NCBI GenBank assembly: GCA_963835445.1
Contig: CAWIFO010000001.1
Location: 322,225 to 386,224, forward strand
Length of the DNA stretch: 64,000 nt
From: an uncultured Actinomycetota bacterium
GTDB taxonomy: Bacteria > Actinomycetota > Acidimicrobiia > Acidimicrobiales > RAAP-2
Direction of reading: 5' to 3'
Shown here: one piece after another, positions 1 through 7,546 of the stretch
Position numbering within the stretch: position 1 is the first letter of the stretch
Layout: the number at the start of each line of letters is the position of its first letter
Program-made: the position numbers and the translations under genes
Notes under the pieces: model-generated
Told to the model about the DNA's origin: nothing
The model's database searches: none
The model's input: the letters and a program-made list of their open reading frames with translations, nothing else

Positions 1-78
1 AAGCCACGGCCGTGCGGCCGTGTGCGGAGCGTAGTCCTGTGTGGGCACGGGACCCGGGAGCCGGTCCCCGGACCGGGG

Positions 79-1323
79 CTACCGGAAGGTTGCGGCCACG
101 GGGAGGTGCTTGACGCCGCCGACGAAGTTGGCCTGGGCCCACTCGGGCTCGCCGGCGATCTCGATGGTGTCGACCGTGGCCAGCAGCCTCGGGAGGATGG
201 TGCGCAGCTCACGTCGGGCGAACGTCGATCCGAGGCAGAAGTGCTCGCCGCCGCCGAAGGCGATCATGCGGTTGGCGTTCGTCCGGGCCACGTCGAACGC
301 CATCGGGTCGTCGAACATCCGCTCGTCCCGGTTGGCCGACGGGTACGACAGGAGCAGCCGGTCCCCCTCGGGGATCTCCACCCCCGACAGCGTGGCCGGG
401 CGGGTGAGGTAGCGGAGGAAGTGGCGGACCGGCGAGGTCCACCGGATCATCTCGTCGACGGCGTTGTTGACCAGGTCGGGACTGCCCTGCAGCAGGGCGA
501 CCTGGTCGGGGTGCCGCAGCAGCGCCTCGAGTCCGCCGGACAGCGCGTACGAGGTGGTGTCGTGGCCGGCCGTGGCGACGATCGTGTAGTACCAGAGCCG
601 GGCGTTGCTCCCGAGCGGGCAACCGTCCACCTCGCCGTTGGCGATGACGGTGGCCAGGTCGTCGGTCGGGTGGGCGCGGCGCTCCTCGGTCAGCTCGTTG
701 AAGTACTGGTCGAACTGGGCGATGGTGTCGGTCAGCAGCGCCATCGGGTCGCTCAGGTCGCCGAGGTACTCGGGGTCGGCCGCCCCGAAGATCCCCTGGG
801 TGAGCTTGAGCATCGTCGGCTCGTCCTCCTCCGGCACGCCGAAGATCCCCATGATCACCCGCAGCGTGTAGGGCACGGCGATCTCCTGGGCGAAGTCGCA
901 GGTGCCGTCGAGCTGGCGGAACTTGTCGACGAACTCGTCGGCGATGGCCTCGATGGACGCCTGGCGTTTGGCGACGGCCCGCGGCCGGAACCAGTCGTTG
1001 GCCAGGCCGCGGTGGCCTTCGTGTTCCTCGCCGTCCATGTGGATGAGGGTCTCGCCCTCGATGCCGATCGACTTCAGGTACTCGAACTGGGCGTCGGGGC
1101 CGAGGATCGAGTTGCGGGTGTTGAGGAAGTGCTCGTTGTCGCGCGAGACCGGAACACGTCCTCGTGGCGGGTGACGGCCCAGAACGGGGTGTACCCCTCC
1201 TCCTCGATGCGCAGGACCGGTGCGTCGGTCGCGCAGCTCGGCGGCCACGGCGTGCCAGCGTGCCTGGTCGGCGTAGGCGATGGGGTCGAGGAAGATGGCG
1301 CCTCGGGGATCCGATGGGGTCAT
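79..1323 (-). CDS. cytochrome P450 monooxygenase; reading frame locally disturbed between about 1158 and 1240
   Basis: Haem-thiolate signature FGGGEHFCLGSTFARRE near the C-terminus, I-helix ATAGHDTTS, K-helix region VDEMIRW. ATG at 1323 follows GGGAG. Lies inside ORF 79..1623. Confidence 0.85.
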   Translation of the reverse strand: MTPSDPRGAIFLDPIAYADQARWHAVAAELRDRRTGPAHRGGGVHPVLGRHPPRGRVPVSRDNEHFLNTRNSILGPDAQFEYLKSIGIEGETLIHMDGEEHEGHRGLANDWFRPRAVAKRQASIEAIADEFVDKFRQLDGTCDFAQEIAVPYTLRVIMGIFGVPEEDEPTMLKLTQGIFGAADPEYLGDLSDPMALLTDTIAQFDQYFNELTEERRAHPTDDLATVIANGEVDGCPLGSNARLWYYTIVATAGHDTTSYALSGGLEALLRHPDQVALLQGSPDLVNNAVDEMIRWTSPVRHFLRYLTRPATLSGVEIPEGDRLLLSYPSANRDERMFDDPMAFDVARTNANRMIAFGGGEHFCLGSTFARRELRTILPRLLATVDTIEIAGEPEWAQANFVGGVKHLPVAATFR

Positions 1324-1378
1324 GGCTGCTCCCGGTGGGGACGGTGGACGGTGGAGGTGCTGCTCGGCGGCCCCGATG

Positions 1379-2838
1379 CTACCCAGCGCCGCCGGGGGCG
1401 ACGCCCCCGGCGGCTCCCCAGCGTCGGCGGGGAAGCCGTCGGCCACCGCCCGCCTCAGCTCGTCGAGCGCACCGTGCAGGTGGTCGACGAGGACCCACGG
1501 CTCGGGGATGCTCGACGGGCAGCCGATGAGCGACACCCCGAGGTCGTCCTCGTAGCTCCAGGCGGTGATGTTGCAGCCGATGCCCTCCAGGATGGGCCCG
1601 ACCGAGTAGAGGGCCTCGAGCACGACCGGCCCGATGCGGATCGGCCGCCCGTGGCCCGGTCACGTTGGAGAGGATGACGTTGAGCGGCGGGTGGAGCACG
1701 TTGGCGGCGTGCGACCGGCTCCACAGCCGCACGATCGGCTGGTAGAGCTGCGGCGGGACCACGTCGGCCCGCTGCTCGAGCAGGTCGTGGCCGAGCAGGC
1801 TCCGCACCTCCTTGGACGCCCGCACGCCGTCGTGGACCTGTGCCAGCCGGGTCGCCGGGTCGGAGACGTCGGTGCCGATGGTGACGTAGATGTTGTCCAC
1901 CCGGTTGCCCGACATCCGCGCCGCGTCGGAGTCGGTCGACACCGGCACGCTGGCCACCAGCGGCCGCGCCGGCAGCTCGCCCCGCTCGGCCAGGTAGGCA
2001 CGCAGCGCGCCGGCGCACACGGTCAGGTAGACGTCGTTGAGCGTGGTGCCCGTGGCCCGACGGATGTCCCGCATGGCCCCGAGCGGCAGGCGCGTCATGG
2101 CGAAGGTGCGGGCCGGGTCGAGGGACACGTTGAACGACGTCCTGGGGATGTGGTGGAGGGGGATCGGCGGCATCGGCTCGAAGGTGTGCCGCTTGTGCTC
2201 GCGAGGCGCGGGCGCTCGACACCGACGCCCGCGCCAGATGGGGGAGGCCCCGGACCCGGGTGACCTGCTCGGCGAGGGCGCGGGCCACGAGTCTGCCCGC
2301 GGGCGGGCAGCGGCTCGGGGGCCCACGGGTCCGGCAGGTGGGGCCGGATGTGGGGCGACGGTGGCCGCCTCGACCACGTTCCTGAGCATCGCCACCGCCG
2401 CCGAGCCGTCGGCCACGGCGTGGTGGAGCTTCACCACCACGGCGATCCGGTGGCCGGCGAGCCCCTCGACGACCTGGAGGGCCCACAGGGGGCGGTCCCG
2501 CGGGGAGCGCGGTGCCGGCGAAGGTGCCGATGGCGTCGGCCAACGCCCGGTCGTCACCGGGCGGGTCGAGTACGACCCGGCTCGACGTGCCGGGCCAGGT
2601 CGAAGTCGGGGTCCTCCACCCACACCGGATGGCCCAGGCCGAGGGGGACGGGCACGACCCGCCGGCGGAACGGCGGAAGTCGCACGAGCAGCTGACCGAG
2701 CACCTCGGTCATGGTGGCGAACGAGAACCCGCCCTCCAGGTCGGACAGGTCCGACACGGCGACCTTGATGGTGTGCATGTGGGCCGTCGGGGTCTCGGAG
2801 TAGAGGAACTTGGCATCCAGTCCGGACATGGTCTCCAC
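1379..2838 (-). pseudogene. wax ester synthase/diacylglycerol acyltransferase (WS/DGAT) homolog spread over three reading frames
   Basis: N-terminus METMSGLDAKFLYSETPTAHMH is in the frame of ORF 2554..2838. Catalytic HHAVADG and NVILSNVTGPR are in the frame of ORF 1379..2851. LADAIGTFAGTALP and RLVARALAEQVTRVRGLPHL are in the frame of ORF 1455..2543. The C-terminal LEALYSVGPILEGIGCNITAWSYEDDLGVSLIGC is in the frame of ORF 79..1623. Confidence 0.75.
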
Positions 2839-2857
2839 GGTCAGCGGGCACCCATGG

Positions 2858-4216
2858 TCAGGCGGCCGCGCCGGGCGGGGGCCCGATCCCGGCGGCCTCG
2901 GCCAGCGACGCCTCGACGAACTCGGTGACCTGGCGTGACCACAGGTAGCCGACGTGGTTGCCGGCGTACCACGACACGTCGGGTCCGCCCCAGTGTTCGG
3001 CCAGGCGGCGGGCCTGGTCGGGCGTGGCCAGGCGGTCGCCGTAGCCGGCGAAGATGTAGCGCCGGTCGGGCGTCACCAGCGGGTCGAAACAGAGCGGCGA
3101 CACCACCCGGTACACGTTCTCGGCGGTACCTCCCATGATCCGGTGCTCGATCGCCCGGACCCGGATGTGGCGGGGGCTGTGCCCGTGGAACAGCCCGGGG
3201 AAGTCGGCCACCGGGATTCCCGCCACCACCCCGTCGATCCCGGGCTCGATGCCGGCCAGCAGCGCCACCGTGTAGCCACCCAGCGACACGCCGAACAGGC
3301 TGATCGACGTGGCACCCTGGGACCGGATCCAGCTGATGAGGCGCCGGAGGTCCCACACGGCCTGGGTCAGGCCGTGCACGGCGTTCATGAGCTCGAAGGA
3401 GAGGAACGGCTCGCCGCTCACGAGGGTGACCCGACGCGACCCGTGGAGCGGCAGCACCGGCAGGGCCACGTTCATGCCGAGGTCGTGATGGATGCGGCCG
3501 GCGTGCAGCCCCGGGAAGTCCATGAACGGGAACCCCATGCAGAACCCGTGCACGGCGATCACCCACGGCCGGTTCGGGTCGGCATGACGGAGCAGGGCCG
3601 CCGTTGCCGTGGCGTTCGGGCCGAACCCCATCCACCGCTCGGATCCGGGTTCGCCGTCCCGCGGGGCGAACCCGCTGTCCCACGACACCCGGTCGTACCC
3701 CTGACCGAGCGCCCACCCGCGGCTCGTGGTGAGTTCGTCGTCCGACAGGGGTGGCGGGGTGCGGTGGTAGGTGGCGGGGTCGTCCACCCACCCCTCGTCG
3801 GTGAACATCGCGTCGGCGTCGGCCAGCTCGTCGGCCACCCGTCCGTAGTCGCCCGGCAGCGGGAACCGGTTCGGCGCCATGGCCACGGCCAGCAACGCCT
3901 CGTCCATCGCCACCTGGGCGGCCAGGCCGATCGAGAGGTGGGGGGCCGGCACCGACGTCGGACACCTCGCCCCGCCAGAGGGCGTTGCCCACGAAGTGGA
4001 GCGTGCGGGGCACGGCCCGGGTGACCCGCACCAGTGCCCGGCGGTTGAGGTAGGTGGCGATGGCCGTGGCAGGGGCGAGCACCTGTTCGATCAGGAGGGC
4101 CCTCCCGCCCCGGGCCCTCCGACCCCGGGGCGGGATCCTCCGGCGGCGTCTTCGTCGGGCACGGCGGAGGCGTCCGGCGTGTCGTCGGGGCCAATGTCCG
4201 GTGCGGCCTCGCCCAT
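2858..4216 (-). pseudogene. alpha/beta-fold hydrolase interrupted by an in-frame stop and an out-of-frame internal segment (largest intact ORF 2858..3952)
   Basis: Nucleophile elbow GVSLGG and VIAVHGFCMG region. ATG 4216 sits behind GGGGGAGGAG. In-frame TGA at 4091-4093. Codons between about 4090 and 3950 read sensibly (LIEQVLAPATAIATYLNRRALVRVTRAVPRTLHFVGNALW) only in the frame of ORF 2841..4232. Confidence 0.7.
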
Positions 4217-4342
4217 GGCACTCCTCCCCCACGTCCGCGGCCGGCCGACGGTGTGACCGGGTCCGCTACCTGGAATACTAGGACGGGCGTTCCGACTGGT
4301 TAGGGCCGGAAGCCCTTTTGCGGACCGGGGGGAGGGACGCCG

Positions 4343-5958
4343 ATGGAGCTGAACCTGGCGGACCTCTTCGAGCTGGTCGCCGACGTGGTGCCCGACGCCC
4401 TGGCCATGGTCTCCGGCGAGCGCCGGCTCACCTACGGCGAGCTCGACCGACGGGCCGACCGCCTCGCCCACCACCTGCAGGCGGCGGGGGTCGGGTCCGG
4501 CGACCGCATCGGGGTGCAGCTGGCCAACGGCACCGAGTACGTCGAGACGATGCTGGCCTGTTTCAAGATCCGTGCCGTCCCCGTCAACGTCAACTACCGC
4601 TACGTCACCCGGGAGCTCGAGTACCTCTACGCCGACGCCGGCCTCGTGGGGCTCGTCTTCCATCGCCGGTTCGCACCGGCCGTCGCCGGGGCGCTGGGCG
4701 CCCTCGCCGATCGCCGCGCCGTCCTCGAGGTGGCCGACGGCGGGCCGGCGGTCGGCACCGGCCCCGGTGTGGGGTACGAGGAGGCGCTGGCGGTGTCCCC
4801 CGAAGGACGGGACTTCCCCGCCCGGTCGGCGGGCGACCACTACTGCGTCTACACCGGGGGCACCACGGGGATGCCCAAGGGCGTGCTGTGGCGCCACGAC
4901 GACATCTTCTACGCCGCCATGGGTGGGGGCGACCCGTTCGCGTCGGGCAACCACATCACCCGTCCCGAGGAACTGGCCGACCGGGTGCTGCGCCCCGGGC
5001 TCACGGCGCTGGCCGTCCCGCCGTTCATGCACGCGGCCGGTCACTGGCTCGCCTTCTCGACGCTCTTCGGTGGTGGCACGGTCGTGACGACCCCGGGGGG
5101 CGCTTCGACCCGGTGGAGGTCTGGCATCTGGTGGAGGCGGAGCGGGCCAACGCCGTGGTGGTGGTGGGAGACGCCATGGCCCGCCCGCTGCTCGACGTCC
5201 TGGCCGCCGACCCCGGCCGCTACGACCTGTCCTCACTCATGGCGGTCGGCTCGGGAGGCGCCGTCCTCTCGCCGTCGACCAAGGCACAGCTGGCCGAGTT
5301 GCTGCCCGGTCGGATCGTGGCCGACCGGTTCGGCTCGTCGGAGACCGGCCAGGTGGGCGGCGAGGCCCCGGCCGACGACCCGTTCGGGCCACCCCGCCTA
5401 CGGGTCGACGAGCGCACGGCCGTGCTCGACGCCGACCTCCGGCCCGTCGTGCCGGGGTCGGGCGTCATCGGCCACCTGGCCCGTGGCGGTCGGGTGCCCC
5501 TCGGCTACCTCGGTGATCCCGACGCCACGGCGGCCACGTTCGTCGAGCGGGACGGGACCCGCTGGGCGCTTCCCGGCGACCAGGCCACGGTGGCCGGGGA
5601 CGGGACGATCACCGTGCTCGGGCGGGGGTCCCTGTGCATCAACACCGGGGGCGAGAAGGTCTTCCCCGACGAGGTCGAGGCAGCGCTGAAGGGCCATCCG
5701 CACGTGGCCGACGCCCTGGTGGTCGGCCTCGCCGACGAGCGGTTCGGCCAGCGGGTGGTCGCCCTCGTCCAGGTACGCCCCGGCCGGGACGTCGGGCCGG
5801 AGGAGCTGCGGGCCCACGGTCACGAGCTGCTGACCGGGTACAAGGTGCCGCGCCAATTCGTGTTCGTCGGCGAGATCGCGCGCTCGCCCAGCGGCAAGCC
5901 CGACTACCCCCAGGCGCGGACGGTGGCCGAGGCGCACGCCGCCTCGGTGGGGGCCTGA
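4343..5958 (+). pseudogene. FadD-type acyl-CoA synthetase (AMP-dependent ligase) with one frameshift
   Basis: AMP-binding motif YTGGTTGMPKG in ORF 4343..5689. The C-terminal part, with GYKVPRQFVFVGEIARSPSGKPDY, is in ORF 4318..5958. The frame switch falls in the G6 run at 5095-5100 (TTPGG / RFDPVEVW). Confidence 0.8.
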
Positions 5959-5962
5959 GCCC

Positions 5963-7366
5963 GTGCAGCGCATGGCCGGCATGGACGCCGCCTTCCTCTA
6001 CCTCGAGACCCCCTCCATGCACCTCCACGTGGTCGGCGTTCTCGTACTCGACCCCGGCGACGCCCCCGGCGGGTTCACGCTCGAGAAGCTGACCCGGGTG
6101 CTGTCCGAGCGCATCCACCTGATCCCGCCGCTCCGACGGCGGCTGCTGCCCTCGCCTGCGGGCATCGACCACCCACTGTGGATCGAGGACGCGGGGTTCG
6201 ACCTGTCGGCCCACGTCCGACGGGCCCCGGCAGCCGGTCCGATGTCCTGGGCCGAACTCGAGCGGTTCACCGGCGATGTGGCCGGCCGACCGCTCGACCG
6301 GGCCCGCCCGCTGTGGGAGATGTGGCTCGTCGACCTGGCGGACGGGGCCGGGGTCGCCCTGGTCACCAAGCTCCACCACTCCATGATGGACGGGGGGGCG
6401 GGGGCAGACCTGATGGCGTCGATCTTCGACCTGGGGCCCGATGCCGACGGGGTGGCGCCGGCCGACCGTCCATGGGAGCCCGACACCGTCCCCTCCACCC
6501 CGCGCCAGGTCACCGGCTCGGTCACCTCGCTGGTGGCCCGCCAGCGCCACGTTCCTGGCGCCCTGGCCCACTCGGTGTCCGGGGTGGCCGGGACGGCGCG
6601 GACGTGGCTCGGCCACCGGCGGTCGGGCGACGCACTGCCCCTGACGGCGCCGTCGACCAGCTTCAACGGCCCGCTCACGCCGCGGCGGGCGGTGAGCCTG
6701 ACAACGGTGGACCTCGACACCGTGCTCGGCATCCGTCAGGCGTTCGGGACCACCGTCAACGACGTGGTGCTGGCCGCGTCGGGCACGGCGCTCCGCAACT
6801 ACCTGTCGGCCCGGGGCGAGCTGCCGGGCCGCGACCTGATGGCGGCCGTGCCGGTCAGTGCCCACCGCGACGGCACCCGCCGGGACCTGGTCAACCAGGT
6901 CTCGAACATGATGGTGCCGCTGCCGCTCCGGCCCGACGACCCCGGGCAGCGCCTGGTCGCGGTCCACGCCAACACCACCAACTCGAAGGCGCTGCAAGGT
7001 GCCTTCGGCCCCGAGGCGCTCCAGGAACTCACCGGGTTCACCCTGCCGCCCGTGATGACTGCGGCAGCCCGTCTCTACTCCGGCCTCGGGCTGGCCCGGT
7101 TCCACCCACCGGTGTTGAACCTGGTGATCTCCAACGTGCCCGGACCGCCCCTCGACCTCTACTGCGCCGGAGCGAAGGTGACAGGGATCTTCCCGATGGG
7201 CCCGGTCATGGAGGGCTCCGGGGTGAACATCACCGTCCTGTCCGAGGCCCGGCACCTCAACGTCGGGATCATGGCCTGCCCCGACCTCCTCGACGATGTG
7301 GACGAGCTGGGTCGCGGGTTCGTGGCCGCCGTCGACGAACTGGCGGCGCTGGCGGCACGGCCCTGA
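5963..7366 (+). CDS. WS/DGAT acyltransferase, intact paralog
   Basis: Uninterrupted 467-codon ORF with MDAAFLYLETP N-terminus, HHSMMDG catalytic motif and NLVISNVPGPP. Confidence 0.9.
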   Translation: MQRMAGMDAAFLYLETPSMHLHVVGVLVLDPGDAPGGFTLEKLTRVLSERIHLIPPLRRRLLPSPAGIDHPLWIEDAGFDLSAHVRRAPAAGPMSWAELERFTGDVAGRPLDRARPLWEMWLVDLADGAGVALVTKLHHSMMDGGAGADLMASIFDLGPDADGVAPADRPWEPDTVPSTPRQVTGSVTSLVARQRHVPGALAHSVSGVAGTARTWLGHRRSGDALPLTAPSTSFNGPLTPRRAVSLTTVDLDTVLGIRQAFGTTVNDVVLAASGTALRNYLSARGELPGRDLMAAVPVSAHRDGTRRDLVNQVSNMMVPLPLRPDDPGQRLVAVHANTTNSKALQGAFGPEALQELTGFTLPPVMTAAARLYSGLGLARFHPPVLNLVISNVPGPPLDLYCAGAKVTGIFPMGPVMEGSGVNITVLSEARHLNVGIMACPDLLDDVDELGRGFVAAVDELAALAARP

Positions 7367-7425
7367 CGCCGGCCGCCCCGAGCACCTCCGACCGCCGGCT
7401 CCGTCGAGAAGCCGCCCGTGACCGG

Positions 7426-7458
7426 GTCCTGCAACCGTACGGGGACGTCCTGCAACCG
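7426..7458 (+). promoter_or_regulatory. direct repeat GTCCTGCAACCG x2 (7426-7437 and 7447-7458), 21-nt register, upstream of the 7547 gene
   Basis: Exact 12-nt duplication read directly from the sequence. Function not established. Confidence 0.3.
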
Positions 7459-7546
7459 ACGGACCACTGAACGGGGCTTCAGTCGGCTGTCGAGTGTGCC
7501 GATGCATCTCCCGAGGAGCAATGCTGAGCCGTCCCAGGGAGACACG

